DNA from: Takakia lepidozioides
Taxonomy: Eukaryota > Plantae > Bryophyta
Length of the DNA: 64,000 nt
Direction: 5' to 3'
Assembly (NCBI GenBank): GCA_030704615.1
Contig: CM060734.1
Location: 30,318,001 to 30,382,000 of the forward strand
Of the stretch, positions 12,725 to 24,566 are shown in pieces. The notes beneath the pieces are model-generated. The model was not told where the DNA came from and did no database searches. It saw nothing but the letters and a program-made list of their open reading frames with translations. Each line of letters opens with the position of its first letter. Positions within the stretch are counted from its first letter, which is position 1. A program made the translations under genes and the position numbers.

Positions 12725-15335
12725 TGGAAAAACTGGATGGTGTATAGATGGGCAGCAGGTTGCTACCATCCTACCTTACACTTATTTGTGATCCATGACA
12801 ACATAATCTTGTTTCATGACATGAGTGGATAAGGAAATAGGCCTTTCCAGCCCCTTTGGCAAATCTGTCCAGGGGTTAGAAGCTACTTTGAAGAGGGAGA
12901 ATCCTTATGAAGGGGTCTGGTATGCACTCCCTTACGGGGTGAGTGCATACCACACTTACTCCATAAGGGACTGTCATACCAGGGGCTGGTTGGTGGGTGC
13001 CCCCTCTCTCCCTCTGTCTCCCTCTCTACTGGGAATTGGCAGTTTGCTATCAGTGTTGACTTCTTGTTTTCTCATCCTCTATCAGGCTTTTTCATCCATA
13101 CCGGATGAGCCACCAGGATGGACACTGAGTTACCTCTAGGATGGTTCTTTTGGCCTTTTCATTCCTCCTATATTGACTCTCATCCATACCGGATGAGTCA
13201 CCATGGAAGAAAATAATTACCTCTATGGAGGTTGCCAACAGCATCATGTTTTTCCATCCGTACCGGATGAAAAACTACTAGGGTGATAATTTTTCATTCC
13301 TCTTTTATTGACTCTTTTTATCCATACCGGATGGTCTGGTGAGGAATGATAGAATTACCTAGATGGAGGTAAGACGCTGCCACGGATGATATTCCCTACT
13401 TTTTCATCCTGACACAAGTGATCTGTCTATGGATGATGTGATTATGGCCTGGAATTGATCTTTACTACCCCTAATTATGATTAATTACGGTGGAAACCCT
13501 AACCCCTACCCCAAAATCTATTTTTAACCTTGCTGCGGATGAAATCCGTCAAGGTATACGGATGCGTCCTACTATTTCTCATCCACGGATGAGTAATCGA
13601 GGGACAACCCTATGTCATCTCTCCCGCTGTCAGAAGCACGCGATGTGCTTCTGAGCTCGCGAGGAGAGTGTTATGGCGGACGTGCTTCGGTGGCTGCTCC
13701 GTTTGTGGTGTCGTACCAATGCTGGACGAGCGCCTGGGGGGGCGCGAAGGCGGCGCCTTGTCTCTCTTGCAGCGGGAAACACCGCTATGAATGCAGTGGC
13801 ATCTTCCCTCTTCTGGCTTTTTCTGTGCTTAGCAAGAATGCTTATGATGGGAAGTTCTCTTCCTCCTTTCTAGTGCCTTGCGATTGTGCCTGCTTTGCTT
13901 CATTGCTTATGTGCTTTGTGGAGGCGGCTTGCTGCGGGTGGTGATGGCGCATAACCCTCTTCCCCAATCGCTTAAGGTGCCTTTGGAGTTTAGGGATTCT
14001 CATGTTCTTATCTCTTTCTCTTGCTTTTGAGTTTCTTAGTTGACGTCGATGACAAGTGTGAGGGTCTGTGATTCACCTGGGGTTCCATAATCCTCACTAA
14101 CTTGTTGGTTTTTGTGGGGGCTTGTGATGGGACCAGGTGAGGATCCTCACCTACTTTGAAGTTTCTTGAGCATGCAGATTGGGATATGGGCTGAGGAGAC
14201 CTATGGGTTTTTGTGTTGTGAGGTGGATGCTGTCTGCAGCCCCGAATTCAACCCGACTGCCCCTAGTTTGGCATGCTACAGCCTGCGTTTTGGCCTTTGT
14301 CGTTCTGCCGCCGATGTGCAGCTCGGCCTGACTGGCCTGTTTTTTGAGGCTTGCATACAAACCATACCCTACCTTTTGATCTTTGACAGCAAGGCCTGTG
14401 GATTATTGAGCTAGGTTGTAAGTTCTTTTGGCCAAAGAGGATCTGGTTTCTGGTGGTATTTTTTTGGCGGTTTTGGGTATCTATGGATATGGTGGCCTTG
14501 AAGGTTATGGCGGCAGCCTGATAGGGCAATGCCCTGCTCCTTTTCGGGCCTGCTTCTGATGTGTACTGGATCATAGTAAGGTGTTCTTTGCATGTTTTAG
14601 CATGGAACTCTTGAAGGATGAGGATGGTAAGCTGCAATGGGATCCTACCTATAGTTTTGGATCTGACATCAGGCCTATGACCTCCAATCTGGTTTTTTAT
14701 ATGCAAAAGAGGCTGGATCTCGGCTGTTCAAGTTGCTTGTAGGTACAAGTCTTGAACTTGCATTTTGACAGGTTGAATTCACATTCCCTTGACACCTTGT
14801 ATGATCACATGTCTTAGGATGAATACAAATGATATGGAATTTATTTCATCTTGCCCAAGTTGGATTGCTTGGTGGCATATTGTGATTTTGACAAACTGCA
14901 GGTTGGTCCTTATGCCTTGGCTGATGCATGACCTGCCATAATTAATGGCTGAAAAGGTAAGTTGCTGCAACCCGTGGATCATGTCCAAGATACCTGTGTG
15001 AAAACGTGTCTTGAAATGGTAATAGGGCAGGCTGGACCATGGTACCTTGCCCTTTGCATGACCTCAGCATTTTTGTGCTCCTTCAATATATGACCTGCTG
15101 GTAAGGTATGTGTACAGGCTGAACCAAGAGGCCTTGCAGCCTGCACAGGGGCAATAATATCTTATTTTGTCCCACACATGAACAAATGATTCATTGGCCA
15201 AGATGGCCGGATCTCGGGTGTTCAAGATGCTTGCATCCCCTACATGAAACCCCACCCTCCCACCCTGTTTTATCATGACTGATTGGGTGATGTCAATTCA
15301 TGGGAAGCTATGATAAGAATGGAAATGTTAGATGA
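12725..15335 (+). repeat. Copy 2 of the ~3.2-kb tandem unit, left part (continues at 33818-34410 after the inserted chromovirus)
   Basis: Starts TGGAAAAACTGG..ATGGTGTATAGATGGGCAGC as at 34411; interrupted by the LTR at 15336. Confidence 0.85.
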
Positions 15336-15977
15336 TGTCAAGGACGAGAACATGACTGAACACAAACAAGAGATAAGACTAGAGGTACAAGGCTAGACAA
15401 GAAGTCAAGGTCAGCGTGGCCGAATGCCCGATGAGTAAATAAAAATCAAGACGATCTTTATAACAATGAACAAGAGTACAAGATATTGGAACACGACTTG
15501 AATACTGGAATGCTGGAAACTGGACTGGAGTACCAGATACTGGAAACTGGGCTAGGGTACTGGGAACTGGACTGCAGTACTGGGAACTGGAAACAAGAGT
15601 AGCTTGAAGTGGTGTTGGCGAGACTGAAGAGTGTCCAGTCTCGCCTCCTATATATACTGGCTACTAAGAAGCTTCCCTAAGAAGCTTCCCCTATGGAGGT
15701 TGCTTGCTGGAAAAAATTCCAAGATTAAACAAAGGTTTCTTGATGGAGAAGTTTCCTTAAACAAATGAGGTATCTTGACGGAGAAGTTTTCTCCAAAGGA
15801 AGCTTCCTGAGCAGTTTCCTAAGTTACTCTTGGTAATTTGGTAAACTCCCGGTAACTTGGTAAGTAATGGTAAATCATGGTAAATCACGGTAAGTCATGG
15901 TAACTTTCGGTAACATGGTAACTTGATAACTTCTGGTATTGACTCCTGGTAAGTTCCTCTAGACTCTGTCCGTGACA
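15336..15977 (-). repeat. 3' LTR of the chromovirus
   Basis: TGTCAAGGACG...CCGTGACA; direct repeat of 33169-33817 with scattered substitutions and indels in ACTGG and TGGTAA sub-repeats. Confidence 0.95.
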
Positions 15978-16440
15978 TTACCCCCTCCTCTAGCGCTGAG
16001 TTCCTCGAGGAGCGGTAAAATCTTGGACTTGCTTATAGTTGGAGAAAATCCAAAATCCGGCGAATGGTACTTGCCAAGTATTCGGCTCTTCGTTCTTGAC
16101 TCAAATGATTTATAGGTCCCTACAACCATCGATAGTGTCCAACACCTTGAACTTGGGACCACGCAGTGATTTGAGCATTCTGATTTTCGAAACTCCCTTC
16201 AAACATGATTTCGTTGCCATCTGGGTCCGAAGCCTCAACCTCCAACAAAATTATCAGACTTTGAGTAGGCTCCACTTGCCGTTGTACGGGATCCTGACGA
16301 GGAAGTACGCGTCGCATTGGTGGCCCATCGTCTCGAGAACGTCGGCGTGATGTTGAAGGTCGTGAGAGTCAAAACGGCTGATCTGGTAGCTGGGTAAGCG
16401 ACAACTCCAATGTATCTGGTTCCTGCGACTCCATACTGCC

Positions 16441-16534
16441 TGTCGTGCGCATACATATCGCTACACAACTACATCGCTGTCCAAACCACACCATACATAT
16501 ATGCACAATAAAGTAGTCTGCCACAATCGCCCCC
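16441..16534 (-). repeat. Repeat B2 (3' terminus of the DNMT element)
   Basis: 94 bp with 2 mismatches to 16894-16987; in element sense GGGGGCGAT-TGTGGC...CGACA. Confidence 0.95.
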
Positions 16535-16537
16535 TGA

Positions 16538-16891
16538 TCGAGTGATAGAAAACCAACGAACACACTGTTTACACAAAACATGAAAACCAAACCATCACTC
16601 TTAGAAATAGTAGTCGAGCCAGGGGCACCCCAAGCTATGGGGACTCCACCCCACAACAACCTACACTCCCATCATGAGTACACTAAGATCTAAACGCATG
16701 CAGGAGCTCGGTCGCGCAGGCTCAACTCGAGAAAGATGAGCCGCGCGACTGCCGCTCTCGTGAAGATAAGACGGACCAGGTGTCAAACTAAACTTGACAT
16801 CTGATTTAACACTTGACCTAAATCCAAGTGTTAAATACAAATAACTAGTTTTATTCTAGCTGTTTTCACACTGTGCTTATTTAACTTGACA
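16538..16891 (-). repeat. Repeat A2
   Basis: 354 bp; one mismatch seen against 28112-28465. Confidence 0.95.
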
Positions 16892-16893
16892 GC

Positions 16894-16987
16894 TGTTGTG
16901 CGCATACATATCGCTACACAACTACATCGCTGTCCAAACCACACCACACATATATGCACAATAAAGTAGTCTGCCACAATCGCCCCC
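16894..16987 (-). repeat. Repeat B1, beginning within a PPT-like AGGGGGG
   Basis: Direct repeat of 16441-16534, separated from A2 by the dinucleotide GC. Confidence 0.95.
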
Positions 16988-17237
16988 CTAGCTGGTGGAT
17001 AGGTCCCTCTACCTCCAGATAGCTACAAGATGAAATAGCCACAACCGTACTAAGTCCTCCATCACTGTCCCTATTGTACTCAAACTCTATAGATCAAGAG
17101 GCCGGGTACAAGAGTAGCCCCATCGTTAGTCGCCGTCTTGCAATCTGTGAACTTGAGCCAGGATCTCGTGTGTTCAAGGTCTCCTAGTAGCGGGCCTTGC
17201 GTTTCTTGTTAGCCTTCCATGGTTGTATCCACTCCCA

Positions 17238-17381
17238 CTATCCAATGCAATGTGGACATAACCAATCCCCATCTGGAACCATCTCAAGAGGTGGAGTCAA
17301 GCATCCCATATGCCAACCTCTGGAGCATCGATCACACACCAACATGGTGGCTGCCCCTTTAGCAGACCCACACAACATGCA
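17238..17381 (-). CDS. PHD finger (C4HC3) at the polyprotein C-terminus
   Basis: Hand translation: CMLCGSAKGAATMLVCDRCSRGWHMGCLTPPLEMVPDGDWLCPHCIG-stop. Not in the ORF track. Confidence 0.9.
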   Translation of the reverse strand, partial: CMLCGSAKGAATMLVCDRCSRGWHMGCLTPPLEMVPDGDWLCPHCIG

Positions 17382-17556
17382 CCTCAAACCTGCAGATACC
17401 ACTGCCAGGTTGGGTCAATCCTGCCATCGACATTCGGAAGGTGACATGGCGCACAATTACGCACATGGTCCTTCCAAGTTATGCCATCCCGACCCTCCAA
17501 GACCAAGACGCCTGAGGGCAAGACCTCTCGAACCCTCAAAATAACACGTCCTGCAG

Positions 17557-19240
17557 TCACATCCAGGGTTGTAGAGCAGTCTGCTGCAGATAGACATAGT
17601 CACCAGGGTTGAATCTCCGAACCCCAGGACGATAGCCCCCACCACGTATGGTAGCATACCTCAACGTATCACGGTGTTGTGCAATGGCAAGGTTCTCGAA
17701 AGCCATGGGCATGACTCTCTTGAACAACTCTGCACGCTGCTCACATGCACGTGCCCACACGTCCGGATCGTCAAGGTTAAGAACTGTAGCAGTTTCTCTG
17801 CGAATGGATGTAGGCAAATCCGGCTCTCGGCCAAAGAGAAGAAAGTATGGTGAGAAGGAGGCAAGTGATGCTTGCTTGCTGAACCTGTAGCCCATGGCTA
17901 ACCAGGGTAACTGAAGGTCCCAATCTCCTAGGTGTCCCTTCTGCAAGCCATACTTGCGCAAACCCCTCTTTACTGTCTGAACAACTCTCTCTGCCAAGCC
18001 ATCGGCCTCAGGATGATCCCGAGAAGTGGTGCGGTGGTCTATCAAGGCCTTGTCACACAAAGCCTGAAACTCCCCCAAGAACTCTCTCCCTTGGTCCGTG
18101 AGTACCTCAGCTGGAGCACCGAATCGGCTAAGCACACAATCCAAGAATGCATACGCAGCTCCCTCACTAGCCTTATCAGGCAATGGAACCAATTCAATCC
18201 ACTTGGAGAAGTGCTCCACCATCACCAACACGTACTTGTTGTGGCGCATGGTCAGTGGCAACGGCCCTGCGAAGTCAAGACTCCACCTGTAGCCCAATCC
18301 CATGATCGGAAGAGGGTGCAATTGTGGAGTAGGGGCGTTGAATGAAGCACGCACCCTGTCACACACCATGCACCTAGCCACAAATTGTTGCACCTCTGTG
18401 TGCATACCACGCCACCAATACTGCCCCTGCAGTAGACTATGAGTGCGTCGCACCCCAAAATGCCCCAACTCCTCATGGGCATGGCGCACTAACCGTGCCC
18501 GCTGTGTTGGGTGAGGCACAATCCTCACTCGACCATCCTCCCACACTCGGAGCAGGTGTGTCCCCTCCCACTTGAACCTCTTGGCTCGTTGTAGGATCCG
18601 ATCCCTCTCCTTGGCAGTCACAGTGGCTGCCGTGTCTCCAGTGCGGAGGTAGTCCAACACAACTGAATCCTCATGTATATCTTTGGCGCCACCTTGCTCA
18701 TTGCTGGCCTCAGGGTCCTCAGACACTTGATCTACAGTCATCCCTGTTGCAGGTCCAACCTGGCCTTCCGCTGCCAAGATACACAGAAATGCAGATGCAT
18801 GCCATCCGGGCACCATCTCCTCGTCCGTCTCACCATGCCACCGAGCTCCAGTGTCATCCTGTTGGCTCGTGCATGGATTGCGACTCAACCCATCTGCATT
18901 GCGATTGACCAAACCCGGTCGATGCACCACCTGAAAGTCATACTCTTGAAGGATGAGTGCCCACCGTGCAAGCTTCCCCGTAAGCTTGTCTGACTCCATC
19001 AACCACTTGAGTGGTTGGTGATCCGTGACAAGGGTGAAGAGATTGCCGTATAGATAGCACCTGAAGTGTGCCACGGCCCACACTGCAGCTAAGCATTCTC
19101 CCTCATATGAGCTATACTTAGACTCTGCAGCATTGTTCGAGCGGCTAGCATAAGCCACTACGAACTCTCTTCCCTCATCATCCACCTGTGTGAGCACCGC
19201 TCCAAGCCCCAGCATGCTCCAATCTGTATGCAGCTGAAAA
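17557..19240 (-). CDS. RNase H and DDE integrase of the DNMT element
   Basis: RNase H motifs TDWS, YEGECLAAVWAV, TDHQPL, NADGLSR. Integrase HHCC HEELGH...CMVC and core WSLDFAG, TDQGREF, DGLAERVV. Confidence 0.95.
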
Positions 19241-20367
19241 GACGCCCCCTGATAGGTCGTCTCAAGATGGGCGCCGAGGTCAACCTCGCCTTGAGCTCTT
19301 GAAAAGCTTGTTCTTGCTCATCTTCCCACTGCCACTCCTGGTCCACCTTGGTCAGCTTGGTTAGAGCCTTTGCAATGGCACTAAATCCCTTAACAAACCG
19401 TCTGTAATAGTTTGCTAACCCCATGAAAGCTCGAACTCGGCTCACATCCGTGGGGCGTGGAACCTGTGCAATGGACTCTACCTTAGTCTGCTGTACCCCC
19501 AATCCTCCAGGATATATCATGTGACCCAGATACTCAATCTGGTTGTGGAAAAACTTGCACTTGCCCGGATGTAACTTCAATCCGTGCGTCCTCAAGCGCT
19601 CAAATACCCCCTGAAGGTGTCTCTCATGCTCCTCCACCGTAGCACTAAAGATGATGATGTCATCTATGTAGCACCGAGCAAACTCCACCCCTGCTAGAAT
19701 CCTGTCCATGACTCTTTGAAACTCAGCGGGAGCGTTTTTAAGCCCAAATGGTAAGAACCGCCACTGGTATAGGCAATCCTTCCCGTGCTCATTGATCCCC
19801 CAGAATGCCGTTTTTTGCTTATCCGCCTCCTTGATCGGCAACTGGTGATATCCGGATCGTAAATCCAACGTGCTAAAGACCTTGGAATGCCCAATGGCAT
19901 CAAAGATCTCCTCTGGTTGGCATGGCATACCTATCGGACTTGGTCTGACGATTTACAGGCCGGTAATCACCGCACATACGTCTCTCCGTCCAATTGCCAT
20001 AGACATCCTTCTTAGCTGGCATCACTGTGGCTGAAGCATACTCTCCACCAGAGAGCTCCACCAAACCTGCCTCCCAGAGATCTTGAGTCCTCATCTGAAT
20101 CAAAGACCTCTCCATGTCACTGTATCTATAGGGTCTCCGAAAGATTGGCGTGTCAGTGGCCAACTCAATACGGATCTCTTGACCCTTCAGTGCTCCCAAG
20201 TCCTTCAAACTGAAGGCAAAGCAATTCCTGTAAGCCCTCAGGAACCGCCGTATACGTCGTCTCTCTCCTCCAGTGACAATGGGTCCAATATCAGGCTCCC
20301 AATTGTCCTCCGTAACTGCAACCTTAAGTCCAGTGGGCTTAGAGGTAGAGGACGCGTCCCGTGGTTG
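19241..20367 (-). CDS. Ty3/Gypsy reverse transcriptase of the DNMT element
   Basis: RMCGDYRPVN, LDLRSGYHQ, LPFGLKNAP, YIDDII, YLGH. Confidence 0.95.
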
Positions 20368-20669
20368 CTATGCTGCAACCTCTTGAGCAGTACTCCCTTC
20401 CTGCTCAGTCAATGACAAGGCCTCATCCTGCCCCATCCTCTCATCATTGAGAACCTCCTCATCCCGAGAAGAATCCCCAACCTCATCCATCACAGCTGCC
20501 TTCGCTGCCAACTCCCTCTGAACCTCGAGCACCTCCCACGTGTGCCATGGATGTCTACACCCCGTGGTCCTCACCGGCTCGCCCCCACTCGCTGCCTGTA
20601 CCGTCTCGGTAGGCAGAGAGACCGTCAAGGGAAGTGCACTCCGCACTCTACGTTGCTCAGCCATAGCCA

Positions 20670-21615
20670 AGCTGACAATCCAAGTCAAGCAATTGAGATC
20701 CATTGCTTGCCCCAACACCTGACGACGTGATGCCTCAGAAAGAGAAGGCACCGCCGTGGTCCCAGTGGAAAACCCCATAGCCCGCTCTCGCTCGTCGGCA
20801 TTAGGCTCCACTAACTGCTGCAACTGAGCATCCCACAGGAGGCCAGGTCCACCATCCCGAAAAGCATGGGATCCTGGGAAGCTGAGCAGTGTAGGTAATG
20901 CTGCTCGTGGTTGACCCACCCTGTTGACCACTGCCAAAGGCGAACGGTCATCGTGTCTCACACGTTGAGACTGCCTTCCTGTGTCCAAAATGCCATCCAC
21001 GGTGAGGTGTGCTGGCCGCTGCACCCCATCAAATGCACGCTTGAGCAGTGCGGGTGGCATCAAGTTAGTCCACCATAGTCGTGGACGATGAGCCCGTGAC
21101 CCCACTGCAGCTGCATCCAGCAATACTGCTGACCCAAGCCACGACCGGACTTGATGCACACTGGCCATCACCCTGGCCCGAGAATCACCCATCAGTGGTA
21201 CATTCTCCAAGATGTATGCTGGAGATACAGCTTGATGAAGCTGCAAGCAGCGCAAAATCCGCACCATCTCCCAAAACAGACCCGTCCTCGAGTCTCGCAA
21301 TCCATTGCCATGCCCGGCTGATGAATGCCCTTGGCAGGGCCAACCTGCCACTATCAGATCAATGGAGCCAACCTGCTCCAAATCTTGCGCCCCAACAAGG
21401 AAATGTCTGCTGGCAAGGCTTGTTGGTATCCACGAACTGCAGACACAGGCAACAAGTCAGGGTACTGCTGTACCAACTGAGCCACATGGCGCAGTGAGAC
21501 GCGTCGTGCAGTCTCATCCCTCTCCACATACAGGTAACGCCTTACCCGCACACCTGCCTGTAGCACAGCAGCCAATCCGGTGCTGATCCCGCCAAACAAG
21601 TCCAGAAGGCAAATG
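20670..21615 (-). CDS. C5 cytosine DNA methyltransferase domain, DNMT3-like, embedded in the polyprotein
   Basis: Motif I LLDLFGGISTG; II YVERD; IV DLIVAGWPCQ (catalytic PC); GLFWEMVRIL; VI YILENV; VIII LDAAAVGSRAHRPRLWWTNL; IX ERERAMGF; X RRQVLGQAM. One frameshift near 21390. Confidence 0.92.
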
Positions 21616-22029
21616 CCTTCATCCGGCCGCTGCCACACAAGAGGTGTGGTGTCCAATGGCGACAACTGAGGTGGCCCTGGTGCAATCACCGCACTCTCCT
21701 CCTCTCCTGACGGTACAAAAGCTTCTACCCAAGCTTGTTGCACCCGTCCATCAGCAGCTTGCTGCAAATCCTTGCTCGTACCCCACAACGGAGTGTGAGC
21801 AACCATGGCAGGCAACTCCGCCGTACCATGCATGTCATCCTGCTCTGCTGGAGGTGGCACATCCTCTGCATGGGCATTGCCTTCCAGCAACTCTCCAGGC
21901 CAACTAACTGCAGCTGTGAAGGCGGCTAGTGTTGGCATCTTGCCCCGCTGGGCAGCTGCAATACCCCCAATGAATGTCACAGGGAGCTGTGCACGGCGAC
22001 CATCCCCTGACTGCCATCCAGGCCTGTAG

Positions 22030-22400
22030 GATGCTGACTCCTCCCAGAAATCCAGGGTGAAGCCCATGGGGTATAACACTGCCCCACCAACGAGGACATC
22101 GTAAGAGACCGCGTCTGTCACAATGGCCTTGGCTCGCATCACTGAGCCATCTACAGGATGATCCGGCTGCAGTCTAATAGCCAACTGATGTCGTGTCATG
22201 CCACGAGCCTGCTCTGATCCTCCCAGAGATGTCTGTATCTGGAAAGGACAAGGCTCCATATCCGCCTCCATGAGGCCCAAACCTGCAATAGCAGCTCTGC
22301 CCAACATCAGTGGCTGAGCTCCTGAGTCCAACAAGACCCGCAGTGGCCGGTACTTCTTGCCTGCCGGTCCACTCAAAGTGAAAATGCCTCCCTGGTTGTC
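22030..22400 (-). CDS. Aspartic protease of the DNMT element
   Basis: VLLDSGAQ and YDVLVG motifs. Confidence 0.85.
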
Positions 22401-23094
22401 TAACAAGACAACTCCAGGTGTCACCATGGCGCGCTCAATGGCTGGCCTAGCTGGCAGCTCCGTCAACCTGGCAGCTGCAGCTTGCCAGGGCGCAGCCGTG
22501 GCAGTCTTGACCCTCAAATCGAGGATCCCTCTGCCACTACACCTTCCACTAACTCCGCAGAAGATGAAGTGACCTCCCCACTCTCACAGAGTGTTGCTGC
22601 TAGTCTGAACACTGCAGCTGGTCTCACCCCCGGCGTCGCAATCATGGTTGCCGAGAACAGTGGGGCTTGACACACAGAGGTGGCTGCCCCCAATAACACA
22701 CCGGCTGCACTAGCCTTGGTAGCAGGTGTCAGTGCTGCACGTGTAGCTCTCCCCAATGGCATAGTAACCTCCGCCTCGGTAACAGTCGGGCGAGAACTAG
22801 GTGCCATGGATGGCGTCGACACAGTCTCCGCCAATGTGAATGACTGAGGCAGCCTTGCCTGACGGCTTGCCTCCCCACGTTGTGGATCCAACTCCACCTC
22901 TGCACCTCGTGGCTCAGGAACTCGTGCTGCTCCTCGAGTCACGGCTGCAGCAGACTCCACCTGCTCTAGTGGTAGTGCTGCTCCGCACATGAATCCCATG
23001 CCTCCCATATCTCCTCCCTCAGGAGCAGTAGGTGGACCATCCCGCCTGGGAGCCGGTACCGCCTGAGCTATAGCCATGGCAGCGAGCCTCTGCT

Positions 23095-24566
23095 CTAGCT
23101 GCTGAAGCCAATTGGCCATGCCTTGGTCAACACCCTGACCTCCGCGTCCTTGGCCATGTGGAGCTTGCCCTTGGCCTGCACCTCGTGCCCGACCACCTCG
23201 TCCTCTTTGGGCTGGTCCACCTCGCCCCGGCCACCATTGTTCCCTTGGAACTGGCCTGGGCGCAACTCAGGATGCAAGTCATAACACTGGGCATCTCCAT
23301 GCCCATACTTGCCACAATGCCCACACTGCAACTGTGCAGGCTGTGCTTGTGCCGGCCTTCTGCCATTCTCTGGGCAATCTCTTTTGACATGGGGTCCTCC
23401 ACATGTCCAACATATCACCCCTGGTTGCTGTTGGCCTGCAAAAGATGCCACGGGCCTCTGCACCTGAGGTCCCCTGTAAGCTCCATGGAACTTGGGCTGG
23501 GCAACCTTGCCCCCCTGACCACGCTGTTGGGCAGTCCCTTGTGCCTGTGGGCTGACAGCTGTGCCCCGTACAGGCATGTCCTTGCCAAATCCAATTGTAA
23601 CAACTCGCTCCTCCACCATGTTGAGCTCAATCCGCTCAGCCAGCAGAAACACATCTGCTAATGTGGGTTGGGCTGCTTGTAACAGGGTTGCATCTCGCAC
23701 CCTTCTCTTGAGCTCCTTGTCCAGAATTCCATACCAAACTGGATTGCCTGAGCTTCAGTAACCCCTTGGGTCACACTTATCAAGCGCCTCATACGAGTGT
23801 ACGCCTCTCGCAGGCTCTCACTGGGTTTGCGCTGGAAGTCTTGCAAACTTCGCAGCTTCTCTGTCCGTACACCTTGGTAGTTCCTCCGCAACTCCTGGAA
23901 GAACTCCACCACCGGGTTGAATCTAGGCACATGTGTTGTAGTTGTGGCAGGAGGAGTAGTAGCACCTTTTGAACTGGTACCACCTGCAGAAGTACCAGCA
24001 CTACCTGCTCCACTACTAGTGCTGGCAGTGGGAGCTATTGGTACTGATGCAGCTACTGGTCGCGTCGTGCCTCGAGTAATGGAGACGTAGTCAGGTGACC
24101 AATACATCCTCCACTCCTCAATCTCTGCTTCATGTCCTCGCCTGAACTCGTGGTAATCGTCCATAGGCGGGCCTTCCAAATGCTGGAACAGTCCCTTCCA
24201 CGCCATGAATGGGGTGAATAGCTGTGGATTGCGCATCTGCTGCAAATCACACCAGCTGTCGAACTCCTGGATAAAGTCATCCAACTCGATTGTGCCCACA
24301 GCTCCAGAGTACCTACGAGGCCCCTTGGTAGCTCCATACATCTCCTCCATGTCGTCCCACAACAATGGCGAATGAAAGTGCACACCTGTTGATGAAGCCT
24401 CCGAGTCTGTGTCTGACTCTACAGTAATTGAGGGTGGCGGTGAAGGTGGTCTGAACCGAATACCTCGTCTTGTGAACCCACTCTCACTGTTACTGCCTGT
24501 AGCCGTACTCCCCTCAACACCCTTGGGTAACTCCGTAATGACACTCACAATGTGCACCTCCTCCAC
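23095..24566 (-). CDS. Gag with two zinc knuckles (DNMT element)
   Basis: Capsid-like FQRKPSESLREAYTRM; knuckles CWTCGGPHVKRDC and CGHCGKYGHGDAQC; frameshift near 23737. Confidence 0.85.

Noticed and set aside
16441-16987. B-A-B block as an independent TRIM with ~85-bp TG...CA LTRs
   Set aside because: No TSD flanks this block alone. The TGCC TSD encloses the whole 16441-28465 unit, and A recurs at the far end.
20670-21615. Bacterial restriction-modification MTase or contamination
   Set aside because: The domain is contiguous with retroelement protease and RT, nested in plant TEs, and its motifs are DNMT3-like.
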